Assembly: GCA_035315025.1 (NCBI GenBank)
Contig: DATFYN010000028.1
Span: 26,871-90,870 of the forward strand
Direction: 5' to 3'
Length of the DNA stretch: 64,000 nucleotides
Source: Myxococcota bacterium
GTDB taxonomy: Bacteria; Myxococcota_A; UBA9160
Within the stretch, counting starts at the first letter, position 1. Every line of letters begins with the position of its first letter. Both the position numbers and the translations under genes were made by a program. Shown piece after piece: positions 27,372-36,733 of this stretch. Under the pieces are notes generated by a model. The model was not told the origin of the DNA, did no database searches, and saw only the letters and a program-made list of their open reading frames with translations.

Positions 27372-27566
27372 ATGAAGGTGATTGTCGACTTCGACCTCTG
27401 CGAGGCCAACGCGGTGTGCATGGCCACAGCGCCCGAGATCTTCCGCGTGGATGAGAACGATATGCTGCATATCCTGATCGAGCACCCCGGCGAGAACCTG
27501 CGCAAGAAGCTCGAAGAGGCCGTCCGCCTCTGCCCGCGACAGGCGATCTCCATCGGCAAGGACTAG
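27372..27566 (+). CDS. small ferredoxin (3Fe-4S type), P450 redox partner
   Basis: 64 aa with the pattern DFDLCEANAVC...LCP, 35 nt downstream of the P450 gene. Confidence 0.85.
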   Translation: MKVIVDFDLCEANAVCMATAPEIFRVDENDMLHILIEHPGENLRKKLEEAVRLCPRQAISIGKD

Positions 27567-27932
27567 ATTCGAGACGACGCGTGCGCCTCGCGCACCGAGG
27601 GGCCGGTCGTGGATGACCGCCCGGAGCACTCTCCTTCGAAGAGCGGACGATGGAGGCCACGCGGCGAGCCGAGCCCCGCGGCGCTACGCAATCTGCACTG
27701 GATTGGTTCAGCGCTCGAGTGTAGAGGCCATGGAGCCGAAGCGGGTGCGGGAGGGGTGGTCGGAGCGCACGGATCCCATGCCCTCCGGGGCGCGGCCCCT
27801 CCTGAACCCCAAGGACTGGCCGTATTCTCAGCTTGCGGCACTCCCTGTGATCACGCTTTGCGCTGGGTGCGGACGCGACACGCGGCTGTAGTCTCCCTTG
27901 GATCCGCAATGCTCGCGGAGGGAGGCGAGTTC

Positions 27933-28364
27933 ATGCGCCGCGGCGAAGCTCCGGCGAGCGTCTTCCTGGTCCGTGCCATGGTGGGCGCCATCTTCGTGTC
28001 TGAAGGGCTACAGAAGTTCCTCTTTCCCGATGCCCTCGGGGTTGGGCGCTTCACCCAGATCGGGATCCCCTTTCCCGCAGTGATGGCGCCCTTTGTGGGC
28101 ACGATCGAGATCGGGTGCGGTCTGCTCGTCCTCCTCGGTCTTTTCACGAGGCTCGCGGTGGTTCCGCTGCTCGCGGTCATGATGGTCGCGATTTCGACGA
28201 CGAAGATCCCGATTCTCCTGAAGAGCGGATTCTGGAGCATGGCCCATGAGGCGCGCACAGACTACGCGATGCTGCTGGGTGCCCTCTTCCTGCTCCTCGT
28301 GGGAGCCGGTCCCTGGTCCCTCGACGCCTGGCTTTCTGCCCGGAGGATGAAGCACGGCGCCTAA
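27933..28364 (+). CDS. DoxX family membrane protein
   Basis: There are four hydrophobic helices (VGAIFVSEGLQKF...GCGLLVLLGLFTRLA...). ATG 27933 is preceded by GGAGG at 27921-27925. The upstream part of the track ORF is non-protein-like. Confidence 0.8.
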   Translation: MRRGEAPASVFLVRAMVGAIFVSEGLQKFLFPDALGVGRFTQIGIPFPAVMAPFVGTIEIGCGLLVLLGLFTRLAVVPLLAVMMVAISTTKIPILLKSGFWSMAHEARTDYAMLLGALFLLLVGAGPWSLDAWLSARRMKHGA

Positions 28365-28366
28365 AG

Positions 28367-29532
28367 ATGGAGGGGATCCCTCATCGAGACGAGCGGCGTT
28401 ACGTGAACTCGCCGCCCTCTTCCTACGGCTCGGCGCCACCGCATTCGGTGGTCCGGCTGCCCACATCGCCCTCATGGAGAGTGATGTCGTGGGCCGACGT
28501 CGCTGGCTCTCCCACGAAGAGTTCCTCGACATGATGGGAGCCACGAATCTGATTCCCGGGCCGAACTCGACGGAGATGGCGATCCATATCGGATATCAGC
28601 GGGCCGGCCTTCCAGGGGTCCTCGTTGCGGGCAGCGCGTTCATCCTCCCGGCTGCGCTCCTGACGCTTGGCCTTGCGTGGGCCTACGTGCGCTTCGGGGC
28701 ACTCCCCCAGATGACGGCGTTCTTCTATGGCGCGAAGCCGGCCATCATCGCGGTCGTGGCCCAGGCTCTCTGGCGCCTGGGTCGCGCTTCGGTGCGATCA
28801 AGACTCCTTGCCGTCGCTGCCCTGGCCGCGCTCACAGCGGCTGCGGCAGGGGTAAACGAGCTCGTTGTCCTGTTCGCGACCCCAGCCCTCGTTGCAGCCG
28901 TCCGCTTTGGCGCGCGTCGAAGCACGCGCGAAGGGGACACGAGAAGGTTCGGCTCCTCGGCGGGCCTTCTCCGTCTCGGCGCCACCAGTGCGGGCGTCGC
29001 CGCCGGGGCTGCGCCTTTCACGATGGCAGGCCTCTTTCTGTTCTTCTTGAAGGTCGGCTCTGTGCTCTTCGGGAGCGGCTACGTGCTTCTCGCTTTTCTT
29101 CGGGCGGATCTCGTGGAGCGCTGGCATTGGCTCACGAACGGCCAGCTGCTCGATGCGGTCACGGCCGGCCAACTCACCCCGGGGCCGGTTTTCACCACCG
29201 CGACCTTCATTGGATACGTGCTCGGAGGTGGGAAGGGAGCTCTGCTTGCCACGGTCGGCATCTTCTTGCCTGCCTTCTTCTTCGTGGCGGTAAGCGCACC
29301 TCTTGTGCCCCGTCTGCGTGCCTCGCAAAGCGCTGCGGCTCTGCTCGATGGCGTGAACATGGCGTCCCTCGCGCTGCTCGCGTTCGTGACGTGGCAGCTA
29401 TTGCGCAGCGCGATCGTCGACATCCCGACCGCCCTCATCGCGCTGGCGAGTCTACTCGCGCTCTTTGCGGCTCGTCTGAACCCGGCATGGATCGTGATCG
29501 GGGCCGGCTTGATGGGAATCGTCTTCGGGTAG
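28367..29532 (+). CDS. chrA: chromate transporter ChrA, N-terminal region apparently frameshifted
   Basis: Conserved ELAALFLRLGATAFGGPAAHIALME...NLIPGPNSTEMAIHIGY begins upstream of track start 28474 but has no start codon in that frame. ATG 28367 (MEGIPHRDE) is in another frame, which implies an indel near 28385-28404. Confidence 0.75.
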
Positions 29533-29648
29533 AGTGCAGAGGGAGCTCGGTCCGCCTCGCGCGCGGGCTCCGCGGCTTCGTTTTCGCCCCTATCTCTCCC
29601 CCTCCGAACACGTCTTCCGGGGTAGACTGCCCCCCCGGGAGGATCTTC

Positions 29649-30665
29649 ATGAAGCTCCGCAAGCTGGGCCGCACCGGGCTCAAGGTCTCGAACCTCTGTC
29701 TCGGTACGATGACGTTTGGCAACAAGGAGTGGGGCTGCGACGAGGCCACGTCCCGCAAGATCGTCGACCGCTTCCTCGACGCCGGTGGGAACTTCATCGA
29801 TACCGCAGATGTGTACTCAAGCGGGATCTCGGAAGAAATCACGGGCCGCGCGATTCGCGAAAAGCGCCACCAAGTCGTGCTCGCCACCAAAGTGGCGGGA
29901 CCCATGGGTAGTGGCCCCAACGATCTTGGTCTTTCGCGCCGGCACATCCTCGACGGAATTGAGGCAAGTCTGCGCCGCCTGGGCACCGATTTTGTCGACC
30001 TCTACCAGGTCCACGCCTACGACCCGACCACGCCTCTCGACGAGACGCTTCGCGCCCTCGACGACTGCATACGCGCGGGCAAAGTTCGTTACCTCGGCTG
30101 CTCGAACTATTCAGCGTGGCAGGTGATGAAGGCCACGGCTCTCGCACGCGAGCTCGGGACGGCACGCTACGATTGCCTCCAACCCCAGTACTCGCTCGTG
30201 TGTCGAGAGATCGAGCGAGAACACCTGCCGCTGTGTCGTGAAGAAGGAATCGGCGTCATTCCCTGGAGCCCGCTGGCAGGCGGATTGCTGACGGGCAAGG
30301 TGCGCCGCGGCGCAGGCGCTCCCGCCGGCAGCCGCGCGGCCGTCGACCCCATGAACCGCGAACGTTTTGCCGCCGAGCGCAATCTCGCGATTGCCGAGAT
30401 CGTGGTCGAGGTCTCGAAGGCGATCGCAAAGACCCCGAGCCAAGTCGCCCTGGCCTGGTGCGCGGGGCAGCCCGGCGTGACCTCGCCGATCTTCGGTGCG
30501 CGCACGCTCGAACAGCTCGAGGACAATCTCGGCGCGGCCGATCTCGTCCTTGACGAAGCCGCACGCAAGAAGCTCGACGCCGCTTCCGTGCTCCCGCTCG
30601 TCTACCCCTACGATTTCCACGCACGGGTGCGCGCGATGACGGGGGCCATGAAGCTCGACGCGTGA
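29649..30665 (+). CDS. aldo/keto reductase
   Basis: The pattern MKLRKLGRTGLKVSNLCLGTMTFG...NFIDTADVY...LATKV...DLYQVH is present. GGGAGGA lies upstream of ATG 29649. Confidence 0.9.
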   Translation: MKLRKLGRTGLKVSNLCLGTMTFGNKEWGCDEATSRKIVDRFLDAGGNFIDTADVYSSGISEEITGRAIREKRHQVVLATKVAGPMGSGPNDLGLSRRHILDGIEASLRRLGTDFVDLYQVHAYDPTTPLDETLRALDDCIRAGKVRYLGCSNYSAWQVMKATALARELGTARYDCLQPQYSLVCREIEREHLPLCREEGIGVIPWSPLAGGLLTGKVRRGAGAPAGSRAAVDPMNRERFAAERNLAIAEIVVEVSKAIAKTPSQVALAWCAGQPGVTSPIFGARTLEQLEDNLGAADLVLDEAARKKLDAASVLPLVYPYDFHARVRAMTGAMKLDA

Positions 30666-30672
30666 TGCGGCG

Positions 30673-31554
30673 CTAGAGCCGACCCGAGTAGCCTCGTACG
30701 AAGAGCGGCGCGATCCCGAGCCGCTGCGCGTCGGCGCGCAGCGCCGCCTCGTTCGGCGCACGCTCGTAGCGGCGCGCCGCCTCGATCATTCGTGGAAGGA
30801 GAGCCAGGTCGCTCGCAGTGTTGACGAAGACTCCCGGCTTGCCAAGCGCGAAGTGCACGGCTCGGTCGATGTCGGCCTGGTTCTCGAGCGGCTCATACCA
30901 GGTTGTCGTCCGCGGAGTGGCGCCCTCCTCCCAACGTCGTCGCGCAATGGATTTGATGGTCTGCACCGCCACGCCACGCTTGCGACAGAGAGTGAGCAGC
31001 GACTCGAACTGCTCCGCGTACTCGGTGTCCTGCATCATCGAGAAATTGTAGGGCAAAAGCACGGAGTCGAAATCGAAACGCTCGAGGCTGCGCAGATGCA
31101 TGCTCGCAACTCGGGTGCCGTGGCCGGTCACGCCGAGAAACCGCACGAGCCCCTGCTCGCGCGCCTCGGCGGCAGCGCGCAGCGCGCCATTCGGGCCCAT
31201 CGCCTGCTCCCATTCCTCCTCCTTCACGAGATTGTGCAGCTGAAGCAGATCCAGCTGGTCCACGCGCAGGCGTTCGAGCGAGTGGCGAATCTCAACGCGT
31301 GCGGCTTCGTAGGTCCGCTCGCCGGTTTTGGTGGCGAGAAAGAAGCGACGCCGGTGCTCGCGCATCCAAGGGCCGATCCGCAGTTCGGCGTCCCCATACG
31401 ATGCCGCGGTGTCGATATGGTTCACACCTGCTTCAAGCAGTAGCGCGAGCCCCCGGTCGGCCGCCTCCTGAGAGATGCGGGCCAGCGCGGCCGCACCAAA
31501 GAGGATGCGCGTACTGTGATGGCCCGTGCGTCCGAAGGGCAGCGTCGGGAGCAT
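30673..31554 (-). CDS. aldo/keto reductase
   Basis: The pattern [16 protein letters not shown]...[13 protein letters not shown]...LATKTGER...LLQLHN is present. GGAGG lies upstream of ATG 31554. Confidence 0.85.
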   Translation of the reverse strand: MLPTLPFGRTGHHSTRILFGAAALARISQEAADRGLALLLEAGVNHIDTAASYGDAELRIGPWMREHRRRFFLATKTGERTYEAARVEIRHSLERLRVDQLDLLQLHNLVKEEEWEQAMGPNGALRAAAEAREQGLVRFLGVTGHGTRVASMHLRSLERFDFDSVLLPYNFSMMQDTEYAEQFESLLTLCRKRGVAVQTIKSIARRRWEEGATPRTTTWYEPLENQADIDRAVHFALGKPGVFVNTASDLALLPRMIEAARRYERAPNEAALRADAQRLGIAPLFVRGYSGRL

Positions 31555-31558
31555 GGGA

Positions 31559-32407
31559 TCACCTCCCAGGGGTGGGGAACTGCGTGCGCAGAATAGCGTC
31601 GAAGCCACGCGCCCCGAGCCAGCGGCGCGCGCCCATGAATCCGCGCGCCGCAAGGGTCACGGGATAGCGCGCGCGCGGGCGCCGTGCCGTGATTGCCCGC
31701 TCGATCACCTTGGCCACTGCTTCCGGGGTGCCGGCGAGTGCGCCGATCGGGCCCGCATAGTCGAGATGATGAGCGAGCACCTCGCGAAACTTCGCATAGG
31801 GCGAGTCTGCCGCTCCGAGGGAGCGGATCTTCTCCAGCGCGGTCGGGCCGAACTCGGTCTTGATCGGCCCGGGCTCGACCAGGACGACGGCGATTCCGAA
31901 GCCCGAGACCTCGAAGCGCAGCGCATCGGAGAGTGCTTCCACCGCGTACTTGGTGGCATGGTAGAAGGCACCGCCCGGGAGCGTCATGCGCCCGCCCATC
32001 GAGCTTAGGTTCACGATCCGGCCGAAGCGCTGCCTGCGCATGCCGGGGAGGATGAGCTTCGTGAGCTGAATGAGGCCGAATACATTGGTCTCGAACTGCC
32101 GGCGTACCTCCCCCATGGGGACCTCTTCGAAGGGCCCCTCCGAGCCGTAGCCCGCATTGTTCACCAGCGCGCCGACGGCGCCTTCGCTCTTCTCCACCGC
32201 CTCTACCGCGGCGCGCATCGAACTCTCATCGCACACGTCGAGGGCCAACACTCGGCAACCGTGGCTGGCGAGATCCTGGATCGCTTCTGGGCGACGCGCC
32301 GTGGCGTAGACCGTGTGGCCGCTTCGTGCAAGACGCTCTGCGGTGGCCCGGCCGATGCCCGTCGAGCAGCCCGTGATGAGCACAGCATGAGAGATCCGGT
32401 CCGTCAT
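31559..32407 (-). CDS. SDR family oxidoreductase
   Basis: The NAD(P)-binding motif is [15 protein letters not shown], with NNAG and the catalytic YHATKYAVE. Confidence 0.9.
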   Translation of the reverse strand: MTDRISHAVLITGCSTGIGRATAERLARSGHTVYATARRPEAIQDLASHGCRVLALDVCDESSMRAAVEAVEKSEGAVGALVNNAGYGSEGPFEEVPMGEVRRQFETNVFGLIQLTKLILPGMRRQRFGRIVNLSSMGGRMTLPGGAFYHATKYAVEALSDALRFEVSGFGIAVVLVEPGPIKTEFGPTALEKIRSLGAADSPYAKFREVLAHHLDYAGPIGALAGTPEAVAKVIERAITARRPRARYPVTLAARGFMGARRWLGARGFDAILRTQFPTPGR

Positions 32408-32481
32408 GAGATTTCCCCTTGTATTCGAGTCGCTCGACCCGTTATGCCTTGGCGGATCGGGTGCCGGGTGAGGAGGCTGAC

Positions 32482-33243
32482 ATGTCGATCCGCCTGCATG
32501 CCTTTACCTGCGGCTGGCTGACCGGCGGCCTGGGCAACTTCCTGGCCGGGGAGCGGGGTCGGATCCGCGTCCCGGTGCCCTGCTTTCTCGTCGTGCACCC
32601 ACGAGGAACCGCGCTGTTCGACACCGGACTCCATGCGGGCATGCAACGCGACCCGGCCGAGCGCCTGGGAGCGCTCGCCGCGTCCTGGACGGTCGAGTTC
32701 GCACCGGGAGAGGAGGTGGCGGGCCGTCTCGCGGAGGTCGATCTCGCTCCCGCTCGCGTCGATTTCATCGTGACCTCGCACCTCCACTTTGATCACGCGG
32801 GCGGCATCGCGCAGATTCCCAACGCGAGGCTCGTGGTTCAACGCGCGGAATGGCAGGCGGGTCGCGATCCAGATCTCGTGCGCGCGAACTTCTATGACCC
32901 GCGCGACTATGACCTCGGGCACGAGATCATCGCGGTCGCCGGGGAGCATGATCTGTTCGGGGATGGAAGCGTCCTTTGCCTCCCCACGCCCGGTCACACC
33001 CCCGGCCACCAGTCGCTGCGCGTGCGGCTGCCGAAGGGCGAGATCATTTTGACCGCCGACGCCTGTTACTTGCGTCGCACACTGGACCGACTCGAGCTCC
33101 CACCTTTCGCGCACGACCGCGATGAGATGCTGGCGTCGCTGCGGCGGCTCTGCACGCTGGAAAAGGCCGGCGCGCGTCTTTTCTTTGGCCATGATCCAGA
33201 GCAATGGGAGAGCGTTCCGCAGGCTCCGCGCGCCATGGAATGA
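32482..33243 (+). CDS. N-acyl-homoserine-lactonase-like MBL-fold hydrolase
   Basis: Metal-binding motifs HLHFDHAGG and TPGHTPGH are present. AGGAGG at 32471-32476 precedes ATG 32482. Confidence 0.8.
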   Translation: MSIRLHAFTCGWLTGGLGNFLAGERGRIRVPVPCFLVVHPRGTALFDTGLHAGMQRDPAERLGALAASWTVEFAPGEEVAGRLAEVDLAPARVDFIVTSHLHFDHAGGIAQIPNARLVVQRAEWQAGRDPDLVRANFYDPRDYDLGHEIIAVAGEHDLFGDGSVLCLPTPGHTPGHQSLRVRLPKGEIILTADACYLRRTLDRLELPPFAHDRDEMLASLRRLCTLEKAGARLFFGHDPEQWESVPQAPRAME

Positions 33244-33340
33244 CGTCGCCTTCGAAGGGCGCTCGCGAGGCGCGTCTCGACTGGCAGGAGCGTCCGTCCT
33301 CGAGAGTGCTCGAGCCGCCGCGCTGCCGCCCGCGGCCACG

Positions 33341-33865
33341 CTACATCCTACGAATCGCTTCAGAGCCCCCCCAGGTTCGCGCGACCTCGGCGATGTGCTC
33401 GAAGAACCGCCCCTTCGCACCGCTCACTTCCGAAAGCTCCACGATCGTGCCGGGATGCCCCTCGGTCTGCAGATACACAAAGCGCCCGTTCGGTCCGCCG
33501 ATCGTGCCTGACTGTGCGACCTCGTAGCCGAGCTTCAGCACGCGCTCCATGTCCTCGTCGAACGAGTTCGTCCAGTAGGCGACATGTTGCAAGCCCTCGT
33601 GCCCCGCCGCGAGAAAGTCGCGGTAGGTCGAGGGCGCGTCATTGCGCTGCTGGATAAGTTCGATCTGGAGCGGGCCGGAGTTGGCGAGCGCGATGCTGAC
33701 TGCGAGGGGCGAGGGCGCGCCGTGGTAGCGGAAGTCCTGGATCGGCAGCCATTCGAAGTAGAAGAACGGCCCGACACCGAGAACCTGCGTCCAGTGGCGC
33801 ATCGCAGCTTCGACGTTGCACACCACGTAGCCATTCTGGCGGACGGGTCCAAAAATCCGGCTCAT
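33341..33865 (-). CDS. VOC (glyoxalase/bleomycin-resistance/dioxygenase) family protein
   Basis: The two-module VOC pattern is present (QNGYVVCNVEAAMRHW...LQHVAYW...IVELSE). ATG 33865 was chosen. Confidence 0.75.
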   Translation of the reverse strand: MSRIFGPVRQNGYVVCNVEAAMRHWTQVLGVGPFFYFEWLPIQDFRYHGAPSPLAVSIALANSGPLQIELIQQRNDAPSTYRDFLAAGHEGLQHVAYWTNSFDEDMERVLKLGYEVAQSGTIGGPNGRFVYLQTEGHPGTIVELSEVSGAKGRFFEHIAEVARTWGGSEAIRRM

Positions 33866-33935
33866 GGCCCTCCCGATGCGTTCACCCTGACGTTTTGGAT
33901 GTAGAATGTCAACTCTGTGCTTTGGGGGACGACAC

Positions 33936-34604
33936 ATGGTGGGGCGGCGCAGCGAGAAGGAACTTCTGATCGTGGCGGCGGCGTTTGAGCGCTTCGCGCG
34001 CTACGGCTTCCGGCGCACCTCCTTAGGTGACATCGCCCGGGAGGCCGGCATCTCGCGGCCGGCGGTGTATCTCCACTTCCCGAACAAGCAGGCCATCTTT
34101 CGCGTGGCGGCGAGCGTGATGCACGAGCGGGCGCTGCGCGCCGCTTCGAAGGCCGCGCTCGCTTCGGGAGGGATTGAGGCGCGCATCGCGCAGATCCTCG
34201 CGGCCAAGCTTGGGAGCTTCTTCGAGATCGCCCATGGCTCCGCCCACGTCGGCGAGATTCTCGACGAGAACAGTCGGCTGTGCGGCGACATCTCGGAGGC
34301 CGCGCGCCGGCGCTACCTTAGGATCTTGCGTGGCGTGATCGAAGACGCCGCGCGACGCGGCGAGCTGGCCCCCGCTGCAGCGGGTCTCACCACGGCGGCG
34401 GCTGCAGAGCTCATCGTAGACAGCGCGAAGGGTCTTGAAACGGCGGGCGCCGCCAAGTTGACACCGCTCGCTTATCGACGCCGTGTGGCGCAGCTTGTGA
34501 ACGTTCTCGTCAGGGGAATGGGAGGACGTTCGCGCGCGCGAACGCCGGCGCGAAGTCGTACGGAGTCGGCGCCGCGAGCTCGAGCGGCGGCACGCCGGGC
34601 GTAG
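33936..34604 (+). CDS. TetR/AcrR family transcriptional regulator
   Basis: The HTH is AAAFERFARYGFRRTSLGDIAREAGISRPAVYLHFPNKQAIF. The last ~30 aa are Arg/Ala-rich and overlap the convergent rluA-like gene, so the true 3' end is uncertain. Confidence 0.8.
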   Translation: MVGRRSEKELLIVAAAFERFARYGFRRTSLGDIAREAGISRPAVYLHFPNKQAIFRVAASVMHERALRAASKAALASGGIEARIAQILAAKLGSFFEIAHGSAHVGEILDENSRLCGDISEAARRRYLRILRGVIEDAARRGELAPAAAGLTTAAAAELIVDSAKGLETAGAAKLTPLAYRRRVAQLVNVLVRGMGGRSRARTPARSRTESAPRARAAARRA

Positions 34605-35478
34605 CGTCGATTCGCACGCGCAGCCAGATCGCGTGAAGCTGAGTGCGCAGGGGGAAACCCTGAGGCGCACACTCCGCGGCGGAGCCATAGAGCGTGTCCC
34701 CGACGATCGGGGTCCCGCCGTGGGCAAGGTGCACCCGGATCTGATGCGTGCGCCCCGTCGCAGGCTCGGCGAGCACCAGCGTGCTGCCATCGCGCGTCCC
34801 GAGCCGGACAAAGCGGGTGCGGCTCTCCCTGCGACGCGCGCCTGGCGCGTCGTACAGCGCGAAGCGGAATCTCGTCGGGTGCAGGGTACGGGCGAGAAAG
34901 CCGCTCACCTCCCAGCGGCTCTGCCATGGTCGAGGCGATACGAGGGCGAGATAACGCCTCTGCAGGCGCCCGCCCGCGAGCTCGCGGCCGAGGCGCGCGG
35001 CGCTCTCGCGATTGCGCGCAAAGAGCACGATACCGCTCGTTCCGCGGTCGAGGCGGTGGACGGCGGTCAGCGCCCTGCAGTCGAGGCGCTTGCGGAGCGC
35101 CGCTTCCAGCGAGAGACGCTGACTGGCGCGCGTCGCTTGCACCGTCATCCACGCCGGCTTGTTCACGGCAACCACGCCTGAGGCGTCCCACAAGATCGCC
35201 TCTTCCGGGAGGGGCACGGGCGCCGGCTCGTAGGCGAAGGCGTACGCAACGACCGAGGTGCGCGCGGCAACCTCGTTGGGAAGCGCCTCCTCGCCGAACG
35301 GGTGGCCTGCGAGGTGGACGCCGCCGTGCCAGAGGAGGCTCGCGATCCGCTCGCTGCTCCAGCCCGCCTCCCGGAGCCGCAGCCGTAGATCGTCGAGCAA
35401 CTCGGCGCGCGAGAGACGGCGATCGGTCACCCAGCCCTGGCGCAGGAGCGGCGGGTCCGAAGGATTCGCAAGGGACAT
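34510..35478 (-). CDS. RluA-family pseudouridine synthase
   Basis: The catalytic motif is HRLDRGTSGIVLFAR, with GRTHQIRVHLA also present. ATG 35478 was chosen because the rest of the 727-aa track ORF is antisense to the SDR gene. Confidence 0.85.
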   Translation of the reverse strand: MSLANPSDPPLLRQGWVTDRRLSRAELLDDLRLRLREAGWSSERIASLLWHGGVHLAGHPFGEEALPNEVAARTSVVAYAFAYEPAPVPLPEEAILWDASGVVAVNKPAWMTVQATRASQRLSLEAALRKRLDCRALTAVHRLDRGTSGIVLFARNRESAARLGRELAGGRLQRRYLALVSPRPWQSRWEVSGFLARTLHPTRFRFALYDAPGARRRESRTRFVRLGTRDGSTLVLAEPATGRTHQIRVHLAHGGTPIVGDTLYGSAAECAPQGFPLRTQLHAIWLRVRIDATPGVPPLELAAPTPYDFAPAFARANVLPFP

Positions 35479-35526
35479 CACTTCCCATGCTACCGTGAAA
35501 CCATCCCAGTCGACGGAGGCCCTGTC

Positions 35527-36732
35527 ATGGGCGATTGGCTGCAAAAGCAACTCGCGCGCCGTCCGTGGTGGATGAACGCGCTCCTTGTCCTCTGTGTGTA
35601 CATGGCTTTTCTCTATGAGCCGTGGGACCTCTTCGCAAAACCGGTCGCACGGGACGCGGAGGTGTTCCTCGGCTACGCGTTTCATGGTTGGGCCGCCAAG
35701 CTCACGAACCCGCTCCACTGGTTCATCTATGCTGCCGGCACCTACGGCTTCTGGCGTATGCGACCTTGGATGCATCCTTGGGCGGCGCTGTACACCGCGC
35801 AGGTGGCGCTTAGCCTTTGCATTTGGTTTGTACGCACCTGGCCGGGCTTCGGCGGCTGGGCCTTTGGACTTGCGGCGCTTGTTCTCGTGGGCGCGCTCGC
35901 CGTCGCGCTCTGGCGCAGCCGCCTGCTCTTCCAGCGTGAGCCCGCGCTCTCGCAGCGCTATCCGGGCTGGGCGGTCGTGACGGGCGCTTCGGCGGGGATC
36001 GGCGCCGAGTTCGCTCGCCAGCTTGCGCGGGCGGGATTCTCGTGTGTCCTCACTGCGCGCCGCGAGGACCGGCTGCGGGCCCTCGCTCTCGAGCTTGAAA
36101 AGGAACACGGCGTCGCGACACGTGTCGTGGCCGTCGACCTTGCGACGCAGAAGGGACCGGAGGAGCTCGCCGCGGCGCTGGCCGATCTCGAGGTCGGCGT
36201 CCTCGTGAACAACGCGGGCTTCGGCTTGTCGGGCCGCTTCGACAAGCAGGATGCCGCCCGGCTGGCGGAGATGGTGGCGCTCAATTGCAGCGCCCCGGTC
36301 GTCGTGACAAATCTCCTTCTCCCCCGCATGCTGGAGCGCGGCAGCGGCGCGATCCTGATCACCGGTTCGGTCGCCGGACGCCAACCGCTTCCCCTTCATG
36401 CCGTGTACGCCGCCAGCAAAGCCTTCGATCTCCTGTTCGGGGAGGCCCTTTGGTCGGAGCTCCGCGGACGCGGGATCGATGTGCTCGTGGTGGAGCCGGG
36501 TTCGACGGAGAGCGAATTCCACGACGTGGCGGGCGAGCTCCCGCATGCAGCCGAGCCGGCCGCGAACGTCGTTGCAACCGCGCTCGCGGCGCTGGGCCAA
36601 CAGCCTTCGGTGATTTCCGGCTGGTTCAACTGGCTGCGCGCCCACCTGGGGCAGCGCCTCATGCCGCACTCCCTGATCGCTCTCGCCGCCCATCGCGTGA
36701 CCGAGAACTACACCCCTCCGGAGATGCGTTAG
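35527..36732 (+). CDS. membrane-anchored SDR oxidoreductase (about 140-aa polytopic N-domain fused to SDR)
   Basis: The N-terminus has about four hydrophobic helices rich in Trp. The SDR part follows: VVTGASAGIGAEFA, NNAG and the catalytic YAASKAFD. Confidence 0.85.
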   Translation: MGDWLQKQLARRPWWMNALLVLCVYMAFLYEPWDLFAKPVARDAEVFLGYAFHGWAAKLTNPLHWFIYAAGTYGFWRMRPWMHPWAALYTAQVALSLCIWFVRTWPGFGGWAFGLAALVLVGALAVALWRSRLLFQREPALSQRYPGWAVVTGASAGIGAEFARQLARAGFSCVLTARREDRLRALALELEKEHGVATRVVAVDLATQKGPEELAAALADLEVGVLVNNAGFGLSGRFDKQDAARLAEMVALNCSAPVVVTNLLLPRMLERGSGAILITGSVAGRQPLPLHAVYAASKAFDLLFGEALWSELRGRGIDVLVVEPGSTESEFHDVAGELPHAAEPAANVVATALAALGQQPSVISGWFNWLRAHLGQRLMPHSLIALAAHRVTENYTPPEMR

Positions 36733-36733
36733 C

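Noticed and set aside
27579-27595. GTGCGC-CTC-GCGCAC hairpin after the ferredoxin gene as an intrinsic terminator
   Set aside because: The stem is only 6 bp and there is no U-tract, so it cannot be distinguished from background GC-rich palindromes.
26806-27909. 367-aa minus-strand ORF
   Set aside because: It spans the 3' end of the P450 gene, the ferredoxin gene and intergenic DNA in antisense. The translation is Arg/Pro-rich and non-protein-like.
28677-29648. N-terminal 324 codons of the 662-aa ORF that contains the aldo/keto reductase
   Set aside because: It is out of frame over chrA. The AKR N-terminus (MKLRKLGRTG) with its SD begins at 29649.
35479-36693. Upstream 400 codons of the 727-aa minus ORF
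   Set aside because: It is antisense to the membrane-SDR gene. RluA homology starts near 35478.
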